Assembly (NCBI GenBank): GCA_013416795.1
Contig: RQSC01000002.1
Location: forward strand, 158,351-222,350
Reading direction: 5' to 3'
DNA from: Prasinococcaceae sp. CCMP 1430
Lineage: Eukaryota; Plantae; Prasinodermophyta
Length of the DNA: 64,000 nt
Position 1 is the first letter of the stretch. The number at the start of each line of letters is the position of its first letter. Under the pieces are notes generated by a model, which did not search any database, was not told the origin of the DNA, and saw only the letters and a program-made list of their open reading frames with translations. Made by a program: the position numbers and the translations under genes. This document shows, in pieces, positions 1 to 10,707 of this stretch.

Positions 1-915
1 ACCTGCTCAAGGTGCGCGTCGCGCGAACGCGGCACGCAGGCGCACGACGCTCGCGCATCGGGCGCGTCGCGCCGCGCAGCGGTTGTGCGCCGCAGCCTGC
101 CGCCTGGTGCAGGCGGCGAGGTCTCTGGGGACCTGAGAGGCTCGGGGACAGCGCTCGATGGTCGCTGACCCTCGCGCGTGGGCGCGCCCGCGCATACGCG
201 CCCAACAGGACCCGCGCGACGTGACTGAGGTGACCATGCAGCCCGTCCGCCGCTACGACATCGACGCGGCCATCCTGTTTTCGGACATCCTCGTGGTCGC
301 GGAGGCCCTCGGCACGCGCGTCGAGATGCCCGGCGGCGTGGGCATCCAGGTGCCCGAGCCGCTGCTCTCGCCAGCCGACATGTCTAAGATTGCCATGGAC
401 GGCGTGGACGTGCGGGACAAGCTGGGCTATGTGGTCGAGTCCGTCGAGAGCATCGTGGGCGCCATCGCCGCCGAGGGGCGCGGCGTGCCGCTCATCGGCT
501 TCAGCGCGGCGCCCTGGACGCTCTTCTACTACATGGTGGGCGGATACGGCGCGCGCAACACGGACGCGGGGATGCGCTGGCTGCGCGAGTACCCGGCGGA
601 CGCGAAGATGCTCATGGAGGTGCTCACCGTCACCGTCATTGAGTACCTCGACGAGCAGGCCAAGGCCGGCGCCGAGATGCTGCAGGTGTTCGAGGCGATG
701 GGCAAGCACATCACGCCCGAGGCCTTTGACGACTTCGCGCTCCCCTACCTGCAGCGCATCGCCGCGGAGATGAAGGAGCGCCACCCGGACGTGCCGCTGC
801 TCGTGTTCACACGCGACGCCATGTACGCCAACACGCGCATGCAGGAGGCCGGCTACGACGTCGTCACGCTGGACCTCTTTGCGGGGCGCGAGGAGACCCG
901 CGCGGCGCTCGCCGC
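1..915 (+). CDS. UROD: Uroporphyrinogen decarboxylase, partial (5' end outside the window; C-terminal part missing)
   Basis: Motifs [41 protein letters not shown] and GYDVVTLD. Exon 1..11 (xLLK), GT-AG intron 12..208 with a GCTGAC branch point, exon from 209. Similarity stops near 915, before the expected LQGNxDP region, and the ORF runs into SRP72. The end coordinate is approximate. Confidence 0.85.
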
Positions 916-2869
916 CGAGGCGCTTGCGGGCGGTGGCGAAGATGGCGGCGCGCTCGCCGAGGCGGCGGCGGCGGTGAGGGTGACGTCGCTGATCCTGCAG
1001 GAGAAGTACGACGCCGCGCTCGCGTGCGACCCGCCGCCGAACGCGTTCCAGCGCGCGTACTGCCTCTACCGAAAGGGCGAGCAGGAGGCCGCGCTTGCCG
1101 TGCTCGAGGACGCCGGCACTGAAGACGCGGACGTGTGCCGGCTGCGTGCTCAGACGCTCTACCGGCTCGGGCGCGCGTCCGAGGCGCTCGCCGAGCTGCA
1201 GCCGCAGGTCACCACCGCACGCGGCGCACCGGACGCCGCCGAGATCGTCACGAACGCGCTGGCGTGCGCCGCCGCCGCCGCCGCCGCTGCGGATGGCTCG
1301 AAGGCTGCCGACACGGGGAGTGAGGGCGCAATCGAGGCGATGCTCGATGCGACCGGAGTGGAACCGCGCGACAGCTTCGAGGTGGCGTACAACGTGGCGT
1401 GCGCCGCCCTCGCCTGCGGCGACGTCGCGCGCGCCGAAGAAATGCTCAACCTCGCGCTCAAGGTGGGGCGCGCCGCGCTGGAACTCGACGACGCCGGCGA
1501 AGATGAGATCTCTGAGGAGTTGGCGCCGGCCGAAGTCCAGCTGGCGTACATCGCACAGCTCGGGGGGGGCGCGGAGGAAGCAGCCAAGGCGTACACAAGC
1601 GTCCTTGACGGCGGCGCTGACGCCGTGACTACTGCGGTCGCGGCCAACAACTTGGCTGCCGCGCGCGGCAAGCACGAGGTCTTCGACAGCCTCAAGCGTT
1701 TCGCAGGGCTGTTCGGCCCGAAGAAAAGCGCGTCCGAGGCGAACGCGATCGTGGCCTCGCTGGACACCCGGCTGGGCCCGGCCCAGCGACGCGCGCTCAT
1801 GCGCACGCGCGCGCTGCTGCTGCTGCACGCGGGCAAGAGCGAGCTCGCGGGGCGCGCCGCGGACGCGTACGGCAGCGCGTTTCCCGACGATGCTGCCGCA
1901 GCCATCCTGGCGGCGTCGCGGCCAGGTGTTTCCCCGGGCGTCGCCGATGATATGCTCAGCAGCTACGCCGGTGGCCAGCGTGGGCCCGCCGCCGCTGCTG
2001 CCGCCCACTGCGCGCGCGCCGAGCTTGCCGCGCGCGCCGGGCTGCTGGAGGAAGCAGCCGCGGCGCTCGAGGCGGTCGCGGAACTGATCAAGTTGACCCC
2101 GCCTGTTGTGGCAACCCTCCTCGACGTGTACGGCAGGCTGGACGATGCAGAGCGCTCCGCGGCGACGCTGGAGCGCGCGCTCTCCCCGGGCGGTGGCGGC
2201 GGGGACATGGCCCTCCCCGCCGAGCTGCTGCGCGGCGCTGCCGAGCGGCGACAGGTGGAGGGGAGGCATGCGGAGGCGGCGGAGCTTTGGCAACGCTGCG
2301 AGGCGCGCGCGGCGCGCGGCGACGAGGGTGATGACACGCTCGCGCGGCTCGCGCGGGCGGGCGCGGTGGAGTGCCTCGCGAGCTCTGGGCAGGTGGGCGC
2401 CGCCGAGGAGCTCGCTTCCGGCCTCGCGCCCGTGCCAGGCGCCGAAAAGCTCAACCCCGAGGCGCTGCTCTCAGCGCCAGTGCGTGAGAGGGCAGATGCG
2501 GGCAAGGTCGGGTCGACGGCCCTTGAGGGGGGCGAGAGCGCCGGGTGTAGCGGCGAGGCGGAGCAGCCCCGCAAGCGCAGGGTCATGTCAGAGCGGCGGA
2601 AGGAGCGCAAGCGCCTGCGCCGCCTGCCCAAAGGCTTCGATCCGGCCAACCCGGGGCCGCCGCCCGATCCGGAGCGCTGGCTCCCGAAGCGCGAGCGCTC
2701 AACATTCCGCCGCAAGCGCAACAAGAAGGTCACGGGAGGGCAGGGAGCAGTCAATGTGGAATCCATGGGCAAGCTCGACGCCGCCACGCAGGAGGCCGCC
2801 AAGACACAACAGGCGCCCTCGCGCGGCAGCGGAAAGAAAGGCCGCAAGCAAAAGGGGGGCAGGCGGTGA
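916..2869 (+). CDS. SRP72: Signal recognition particle subunit SRP72 (extreme N-terminus missing or fused to UROD)
   Basis: TPR region ([26 protein letters not shown]) and the C-terminal SRP RNA-binding signature [27 protein letters not shown], followed by a basic tail. The start coordinate is an approximate junction. Confidence 0.9.
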
Positions 2870-3671
2870 AGTCCGAGCGGGTGTCAGACGAGGTGGCGTA
2901 CGCCGCGTGCGGTGTGTGCGCTTGTTGCGTCGGACGCGTCGACTGCGCCGCTCGGTGCTGGTGTAGCACGTTTCGAGGGCCCATGGCGCGCACACAAAGT
3001 ACAGTAAGAGTCCACTCGCCCGCCCACGCCTCAGAGAAGACGCGGCCGCTCATTTGGCACTTGCGCTGGCGGCAGCGCGCCCGCGGACGCGAGGTCCCCC
3101 AGCGCGTCTGCGTGCATGCGCGCGGCGCGATCCATGGCGCGCCGGAGGTGACACTCGGTAGCAACTACGCCGCGGAAACGGCATCGAGGTCTGTTTGGTG
3201 AGATTTGATGAAAAAATCGGAGGGGATGTTGCGCCACCCCGCAGCCAGACCTGGCGCATCGCGCGCCCCTCTCCACCCCCACAAAACACGCGCACCACAC
3301 ACGCTGACGCGTGCCACCGCGCTGGGGCGTGCTGCGCGCTGCGCGATCCTGCGCGCCTCGAGCAGGTCGCGCGCGCGCTGGGCTGCGCGCCTTGCGGACC
3401 GTGCAGCGCGACTACGGCGGGCACAGAAGTGCCGGCGCTGAGGTGCGCAGCGTATCTGTGCGAGCTGCCAGAATGGTGCAGATCGGCCGATCGAGTGGCA
3501 TGCGCGCGCGTGTGGCGCGCACGATGCCTCACGCGCGCATGGTGAGCGCGTCTCCGCCGCAGGCGCGAGCAAGGCGGCGATGTGGGTGCGCTGTGGACGC
3601 GAGCGCCAGGGGCGCGCGGCGGGGCGCGCGGCTCGGCGGGGCACGGAAGCGCAGCCTGCTCAATCATGCAG

Positions 3672-4671
3672 TTGGGGAGGGGCCCGCTGGGACATCGGAC
3701 GCTCCCGACGCTGCCGCGCTGCAGAGGGAGATCGTTGCGTTGCGGGAGGAGCTCTCCGCACTGCGTGGCCGCGGGGACGGGGAGGCTCGTGGGTTGGGCG
3801 ACGGCGACAGCGGGGGCGATGTGAGCGTTCCGGCGAGCACGACGATAATGACCGAGGCGTTCGTCCGCGGACGCTGGCTGTGCGCACTTTTGATTTTGCA
3901 GAGCTCCTCGGGGGCCGTCCTGCAGGGCTTCGAGAGTCTTATTGAGGACCACATCGTCATCACATTCGTAAGTGGGACGGGGGCGGACTGGGGATATAGT
4001 CGAGTGCGGTGTGAAGAATGGCGCGTGAAGAGGTGTTGAGAGGCGCCGACTTGTGCGTGTGCCCGCGCGCCCCATGGCATGCTTGTGGAGCGCTGACAGG
4101 AGCGACCAATAGTTTTTGACGATGCTCGTCGGTGCAGGCGGCAACTGCGGCAACCAGAGCGCGATAAGGTGAGTGGAGAGTGCAGCTGCGCATGCACCCG
4201 GGGGTGGGCGCGGGCGTGGAGAGGCGATCCCACGCGATGCCGCGCGGTGCGATGTGATTTCACGTGAGCGGCGCGCCCGAGCGCTGCGCTTGGTCCTTCG
4301 CTGACGCGCACACACGTCGCAGCGTAATCCGCTCGCTCGCCGTCGGCGACCTCGACCTCAGCGGCGATGCGTTTCGGCGCACGATGTCGCGGCAGGCGCG
4401 CGTTGGCGTGCTGCTCGCGCTCGCCACGACGAGCGTGGGCGTCGCGAGGGTGCTCGTGACTGACGGCGAGCTGCAAAACGTGCTGGGCATCTCGGCGTCG
4501 CTGTTCGCCATCGTCTTCACCAGCACGCTGCTCGGGGCTGCGCTGCCATTTGGCTTGGGCAGGTTTGGAGTGGACCCCGCCAACGCTGGCACCACCATTC
4601 AGGTCGTGATGGACGTGCTCGGCGTCGCAACCACGTGCGCGGTGTGCTCCCTCGTGTACAGCTACACGTAG
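3672..4671 (+). CDS. mgtE: MgtE-family (SLC41-like) magnesium transporter, membrane domain
   Basis: Splicing exons ...3967, 4113..4168 and 4323..4671 gives RGRWLCALLILQSSSGAVL...ITF|FLTMLVGAGGNCGNQSAI|SVIRSLA...DPANAGTTIQVVMDVLG, matching MgtE motifs. Both introns are GT-AG with CTGAC. The 5' end is unresolved. Confidence 0.85.
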
Positions 4672-5110
4672 AGGGTGGCGGGATGTACTGTACTGTACAT
4701 ATTGTAGTAATACACAGCCACACGGCGCTCGCGCTCGTGTCTATGCCAAGCACGCGTGCGCCCGACGCCACGCGCCTATGCTCGGTAGATACGATGCCTC
4801 GGCGCACCACGGCTACGCCGTCTGTCGAGGGAAGAGGGTCCACTGTCTCCCCGATTCTCTGCCTATTTCAAAACCCTTTTGTGTGAACCCGAACGTTGGC
4901 GCACAGCTCGGGAGATCCACCGCTCGAGGTCGTAGCGGGGTGTGGTGCAGGTGGGGGGGCTGTGGAGGGGTCGCGCCACACCTGTGAGGTGGCGGCAGCG
5001 GGCGGGACGCCGGCTGGGGCGAACGACCGAGGCCGGAGGCGGCAGGCACGTGGTGCGCATCGCGCGGTGGCGGTGGGCTTGTGGACGGCGGGAGCCGCGC
5101 GCGGCGATCG

Positions 5111-5924
5111 ATGGCCGCGCGCGCGTCGGCCGTCGCCGGGAGGCATGGGGCCCGGCGAGTGAGGCCCCGCGAGGCGCGCGCCGCGCGCCGTGCTGCCGCA
5201 GTGGCCGTTCGGCCCGCCACCTGGCGCGCCGCCCGACCTCTCAGGCGCTGTGGTTGCGCGCGCGGCCGAGGCCATTCTGCGGGCAGGGCTCGTCGAGTGC
5301 GGCAGTGTAGACGTCGAGTGCGACGCCTCCGCGCTCGGCCTGCTCGCGGGCAGCGTCGACTCGGTGCAGCTCTCCGGTACGCGCTGGCGATCACCGAAGG
5401 GGCTCACAGCGCGGCGCTTAGCGGTGCGCGTCGGTGCTGGGCAGCTCGACACATCCGCGCTACTGAGCCGAGGCGCAATCGAGCTGGCGGAGCCGAAGCC
5501 CCGCGGCAGTGCGACCATCGCCTTCGACGTGGCCGACTTCGGGAACTTGCTGAGGCACCCGCTCATGCTGGCGGCGAGCGCCGGCGTGGCAGATCTGACG
5601 GGCGATGGTGTGAGGCTCGCGCGCACTGCCGGGCAGGGGGACGCGATCGAATTCCAAGCGCGGCCCATCGGCAGCAGCGGCACGTACGCGCCGTACGCGC
5701 TGCGCGCCGCCTCCGATGCCGACGGCGGAGTGAGGGTGACTGCACTGGCAGGTGCGGACGGCGCCCTGGCGCAGGGGCTGCAGTCAATGTTTGCATCCCT
5801 CACCCTCGACCTGCAAGGCTCGCAGTTCACTTTCAAGCAACTGGCGGTGGATGCCACGGGCGAGGTCACGCTCGAGCTGCGCGTGCTTGTGGAGACCTTC
5901 CCGTCGCCGGTGCCGCAATTCTGA
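5111..5924 (+). CDS. Putative plastid-targeted DUF2993/LmeA-like protein
   Basis: An Arg/Ala-rich leader from ATG 5111 is followed by a domain (GSVDVECDASALGLLAGSVDSVQLSGTRWRSPKGL...) resembling DUF2993. The leader and domain are out of frame unless a 43-nt intron 5159..5201 is spliced or the assembly carries a 2-nt error. Confidence 0.5.
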
Positions 5925-6234
5925 GGCGCGCCCCGGGTGGGTGCGCCGACCGCGCGTGCGCGCGCGCACCCAGCTGTGACTGTATTCTCCCATTTGTACA
6001 TGTACCCGGTGGTGACCGCCCATTGGCTTTACCACGACGCCCGCACCCCACTATCCGTCTGATCTCGGGTGCGAGCGCCGGCCAGAGCCGTGAGCTCTCG
6101 CACTCGCGCCGATGGAGGTGGCGGCCGCGCGCTGCGCCTGCGAAGGAGTATAGAAGTGGGCGTTTACTAGCGGCAACCTGTGCGCGTGCGTGTGCGCGGT
6201 GGTGTGCGAGCGAGCGCGTGGCGGTGCGCTCAGT

Positions 6235-7131
6235 TTACGCGGACTTGGACTTGGACATCCTCTTGGGCACCACCCACCGCTGGACGTAGAAGTGGCCGAA
6301 GAGACCGAGCAGCGAAACCATGTACCAGAAGAGGAACGTATTGATCCAGCGCGGGTACGGGCCGTCCGTCACCAGGTTGTACGTCGCTTGGAAGAGGTTG
6401 AGCGAGAACTGCAGCATCTGCATCTGCGTGAGGTACTTGCCCCACCAGAGGTACTTCTTGCGCGAGTCCTTGCCGACGAGCGACGAGCACAGGTAGTAGA
6501 AGTACATGACCACGTGCACCCACGAGTTCATGGCCGCGCTGAAGTAGGCGTCGCCGCCCGGCGCGTGGTAGGTGATCGCCCACCAGATGGCAGCGATCGA
6601 GCCGTGGTGGTACACGTGCAGCACGCTCACCTGGCGGTACGAGCCCTTGGCGATCATGATGAACGTGTCGAAGAACTCGTACATCTTCGACACGTAGAAC
6701 AGCCAGAGGACGTTGGCCATGCCCACCTCGGTCGGCGAGTACGGATTGCCCCACAGCGAGTAGTTGTTTGCGATGGCCTCCTTGATGCACGTCAGGCACA
6801 TGTAGAGCGAGAGCGCGCTCAGGAAGGCGTTGTGAAAGATCATGAAGGCGCGGAAGGGCGCCGACGGCTTGGCCGGCTCGCCAACTGCGGGCGCGACGGC
6901 GTTCTTGAGCACGGCGAGGCCGACGACGGCGAGGTAGGCGCCGATCGCCGTGACGACGGGCGTGGGCGATCGCACGAGCGGGAGGTCCACCGTGAGCGGC
7001 GACGCCGGGTCGAGCGCGCAGCCGAGCTTTCCCTCCATCACGCCAAAGACGCCGTCCCTCACGGCCGCGTCGTACGCGCCGACGGCCGGGTGCGCGAGCA
7101 GCTCGCGCGCCGCCGCCATCGCCGCCACCAT
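6235..7131 (-). CDS. ELO-family fatty acid elongase (PUFA/delta-6-elongase-like), 298 aa
   Basis: KxxEFxDT motif (SKMYEFFDT), His box LHVYHH, NSWVHVVMYFYY and TQMQMLQF. Ends in a KxKxx ER-retrieval signal (KSKSA). Intronless. Confidence 0.95.
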   Translation of the reverse strand: MVAAMAAARELLAHPAVGAYDAAVRDGVFGVMEGKLGCALDPASPLTVDLPLVRSPTPVVTAIGAYLAVVGLAVLKNAVAPAVGEPAKPSAPFRAFMIFHNAFLSALSLYMCLTCIKEAIANNYSLWGNPYSPTEVGMANVLWLFYVSKMYEFFDTFIMIAKGSYRQVSVLHVYHHGSIAAIWWAITYHAPGGDAYFSAAMNSWVHVVMYFYYLCSSLVGKDSRKKYLWWGKYLTQMQMLQFSLNLFQATYNLVTDGPYPRWINTFLFWYMVSLLGLFGHFYVQRWVVPKRMSKSKSA

Positions 7132-8003
7132 CGCGCGTTTCCGCGCGCGGCGAGCGCGTCTCGCGTCGCCGCGCCCGCGCCCGCGCGGAGCAGAGCCGCG
7201 GAGAGAGGGGTGGCTGAGGCGCGCCGGCCGCCGGTGAGGCGGTGCGCTGCGCTGCGCACCGACCGACCCACCGCCCAATGCATCCATCGATTGATCCTCT
7301 GATCGTCTTTCCCCGACCGACCGGCCAGACCGGCCAGACCGGAGGATCGATCGAGGACGGGAACGGGAACGAACAAAAGGCCACGGACTCGGAAATTCGC
7401 GGAGGAGAATCGATAGGGAACTGCCGCGCGCCTCGTCGGTCGGTGGTCGGCTGGCTGGCAGGCCTGGGGCAGGCTGGTGGCCCTGCCCGCTTCGGTCGGG
7501 CTCCCGGCCGGCGGCGGTGTGGGGCCGCGGCCGCGACGGCCGTGTCTGTCCTCTGCGCGGTCGGTCGGTCGTGCGCGCGCGAGAGAGAGAGGGAGGGAGC
7601 GAGAGCGGGTGCGTGTCCCGGTCCGGCCGAGATGCTCGGCGCCGGCGTCGGCGTGCGGCGCGCCGACGGCCGCACGTTTCGGGTCGGATCGCCCGCGCGC
7701 GGCCGCAAACCCACACACAGTCTGTAGACTAGGACTACAAAACGAAAACTAAAAATAAATAAAAATAAGATAAAAATGCGTCCGCGTTCCCGTAAAAGCG
7801 CGGCAATGCGCGCGCGGCGCCGCCGTCGACGCGCGCGGCGGAAGGCGTTTCGACACGGCGATGCGCGTTTCCGGAAGGCAATTTCGGACGGGTGCGACGT
7901 TGTCGAGCGCCGCGCGCGCGCGAGCGAGCGGCGCGGGCGGCGCGAGGTGGGGTGGGGGGGAGGCGGCGAGCAGGCCACGGACAGGCAAGGACGCGGGCGC
8001 GTC

Positions 8004-8188
8004 GCGCGCATCGAGGACGTCCGGCAGGCCGCCGCTGTGGCTAAGGGCCGCAAGGTGGCTGACGGCGTGTACGCGATGGTCGTTCCCGGCTCGGGCCTCG
8101 TCAAGGAGCAGGCCGAGGCCGAGGGTCTGGACAAGGTGCTCGTCGAGGCTGGCTTCGACTGGCGCGAGCCCGGCTGCTCAATGTGCCT
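8004..8188 (+). pseudogene. leuC: Orphan fragment of 3-isopropylmalate dehydratase large subunit (LeuC type 1), cut by a single N at 8189
   Basis: [61 protein letters not shown] contains the CxxC Fe-S ligand motif. There is no AG acceptor before it, so it is more likely a misplaced contig piece than a true pseudogene. Confidence 0.85.
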
Positions 8189-8679
8189 NCGCCGCTCCGC
8201 GGGCACGCGCGCGCGCGTGCGTTCGCAACAGAGCTACAGGACAGCGGAGTGGGGTGCACCCTCGCGCGCGAACGTGTCCACGTGCCAGCACGAAGCGCAC
8301 AGCGGCGCGCTGCTCGCGTCGCCCGGCGCGCGCCGCGGGCCGTGTCGCGCGCAGCGCAGAGTGGCGCGGCGCACGCAGGGCTCTGGTCCACGGGAGGCAA
8401 GGCTTTGCCACCCCTCCTGGGTTTCCCACGCCCGCGCCCGCACGCGCGCAGGTTGGCGCCCCGCCCGGTGCGCTGTGTGGCGCGGGTCGCCCTCGTCGCG
8501 TCCGAAAGGGTGGTAAAATGCACCGCCTGCACATCAGACAGCATTTCAGTCATGTGGCGTCGTGGCAACTGGCTAGCTAACTCTAGAGAGGTGGCGCGAG
8601 AGCTTCGATGTTGGCCATCTTGTCGAGTCGAGAGCTCGCGCCCGCGGCCGGGCGTCCATAGGCATGCGCGGGTCTGGTC

Positions 8680-10707
8680 TTGTCAGTAGTCGCCCGCGCC
8701 ATCGCGCTCCGCGGCTCTCGGCAGGAGCAAGTCGGCATGCCACAGCTCCCAGTCCCACAGCGCCTCCCAGTTCGCATCCGCGGTGGCGCCGACACGAACG
8801 ACCGCGCCGGAGTCGGGCCGCTGCGCGTACAACGCCAGCACTTGGACTGGCTGGTGATTGAGACGATGGGCCAGGTCGAGCCGAACCATCCCGCCGCCGA
8901 GCGAGAGTTCCACGGACGGCGTGAAGGACAGGTTGTTGTTGTACACATCAAATCCGCCCCTGTCGTCCCTGTCGCCCCGGCCCCGGCCGTACCTGTCGCA
9001 GCGGCAGCGGCGCCGCCCGCGCCTGTTGAGGCGGCGCCCGTGGCGGCGTCGGACGCATCGGCGGCCGGCGCAGCGGCCGCCCTCGCGACGATCATTGCCG
9101 ACGAGGTTGCGACCGAGGAGGCGGCGAGCGCCGCAATCGTCCACGAGGTCGAGCAGGCGGCGACGGCTCGCAACATCGTGTTCGTGGCGTCCGAGGCGGC
9201 GCCGTACTCCAAGACGGGCGGGCTTGGCGACGTGTGTGGTTCGCTGCCGCCCGAGCTCTCCAAGCGCGGCCACCGCGTGATGGTAGTCGTCCCCCGCTAC
9301 TACAACGACGAGGCGAAGCAGAAGGGCACGTACGCCAACGCGACTGACACGGGCGTGCGCGCGAACATCTGGGCGTACGGAGCCAACCACGAGGTCGGCT
9401 TCTTCCATGAGTACAGGGACGGCGTGGACTGGGTGTTCGTCGACAACCCGGTCTACCAGAGGGAGGGCAACCCGTACGGAAACAGCTACGGCGCCTTTGA
9501 TGACAACCAGTTCCGCTACGTGCTCTTCACCATGGCCGCATGCGAGGCCCCCCTCATCGTGCCGTGTGGCGGTATGCCCTACGGCGAGGACGTGGTCTTC
9601 CTCGCCAACGACTGGCACGCGGCCTTCACGCCCGTGCTGGTAGCCGCCAAGTATCGCCCGCACGGTGTCTACACCCGCGCTCGCACGCTCCTCGCCATTC
9701 ACAACCTTTCCCACCAGGGAGTGGAGCCCTCGACGACCTTCGACGGCCTCGGGATCGACGGCGAGTGGTACAAGGCGCTCGAGTGGCAGTTCCCGGAGTG
9801 GGCGAGGGCGCACGAGCTCGACGAGGGCCTCGCGGTAAACCTCCTCAAGGGCGCCATCGTCACATCGGATAGGATCATCACCGTCTCGAAGGGGTACGCG
9901 TGGGAGATCACGACAGTCGAGGGCGGTTGGGGGCTTCAGCACGTCATCCAGAGTCGGGAGTTCGTCCTTGACGGCATCACCAACGGCATCGACGTCGAGG
10001 ACTGGAACCCGGCGAATGACGAGCACACTGCCGCTCCGTACACGGCCGATGACCTATCCGGCAAGGCGGAGTGCAAGCTGGCGCTGCAGCGCGAGCTTGG
10101 GCTGCCCGAGCGCGCGGATGTCCCGCTCATCGGCTTCATCGGGCGCCTCGACTATCAGAAGGGCCCCGATGTGATCCTGGACGTGTGCGAGCGCATCCTC
10201 CGACACAACGACGTGCAGCTGGTCATGCTCGGAAGCGGCGACAAGGACATGGAGGCGCAGATGCAGACCACCGAGAATGAGTTCCGTGAGAGGTTCCGTG
10301 GCTGGGTCGGCTTCTCTGTGCCCGTGTCTCACCGCATCACGGCAGGCTGCGACATTCTGCTCATGCCGTCGCGCTTCGAGCCTTGCGGCCTGAACCAGCT
10401 GTACGCGATGAGGTACGGTGCCGTGCCGGTCGTTCACGCGACAGGCGGGCTGCGCGACACCGTGCTTCAGTACAACTCGTTCGCCCATGACGGCGAGGGC
10501 GACGGCACCGGCTTCTCCTTCCAGCCTCTGAGCGAGGAGGGGATGCTCAACTCGCTGTTTGAGGCCGTGGAAGTCTACAGGCATGACAAGGCGGCGTGGG
10601 AGCGCATCATGAAGCGCGGCATGACACAGGATCTGACATGGGGGCGCGTTGCGAAGGACTACGAGCAGGTTTTCGAATGGGCACTCGCTGATCCCCCCTT
10701 TTGCTAG
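8680..10707 (+). CDS. SS1: Soluble starch synthase I (GT5)
   Basis: KTGGLGDV ADP-glucose motif, FLANDWH, HNLSHQG, the SSI-type segment EWARAHELDEGLAVNLLKGAIVTSDRIITVSKGYAWEITTVEGGWGL, and PSRFEPCGLNQLYAMRYG. Coding is confident from about 8950; the 5' structure is uncertain. Confidence 0.95.
   Translation: MSVVARAIALRGSRQEQVGMPQLPVPQRLPVRIRGGADTNDRAGVGPLRVQRQHLDWLVIETMGQVEPNHPAAEREFHGRREGQVVVVHIKSAPVVPVAPAPAVPVAAAAAPPAPVEAAPVAASDASAAGAAAALATIIADEVATEEAASAAIVHEVEQAATARNIVFVASEAAPYSKTGGLGDVCGSLPPELSKRGHRVMVVVPRYYNDEAKQKGTYANATDTGVRANIWAYGANHEVGFFHEYRDGVDWVFVDNPVYQREGNPYGNSYGAFDDNQFRYVLFTMAACEAPLIVPCGGMPYGEDVVFLANDWHAAFTPVLVAAKYRPHGVYTRARTLLAIHNLSHQGVEPSTTFDGLGIDGEWYKALEWQFPEWARAHELDEGLAVNLLKGAIVTSDRIITVSKGYAWEITTVEGGWGLQHVIQSREFVLDGITNGIDVEDWNPANDEHTAAPYTADDLSGKAECKLALQRELGLPERADVPLIGFIGRLDYQKGPDVILDVCERILRHNDVQLVMLGSGDKDMEAQMQTTENEFRERFRGWVGFSVPVSHRITAGCDILLMPSRFEPCGLNQLYAMRYGAVPVVHATGGLRDTVLQYNSFAHDGEGDGTGFSFQPLSEEGMLNSLFEAVEVYRHDKAAWERIMKRGMTQDLTWGRVAKDYEQVFEWALADPPFC

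Noticed and set aside
4684-4698. GTAC cores as copper-response elements (CRR1/SBP sites)
   Set aside because: Most copies lie just downstream of stop codons rather than in promoters, which fits 3'-end processing better.
7255-7570. (GACC)n/(GATC) repeats upstream of the elongase and near 25051-25069
   Set aside because: Short simple repeats compatible with background low complexity; no evidence of function.
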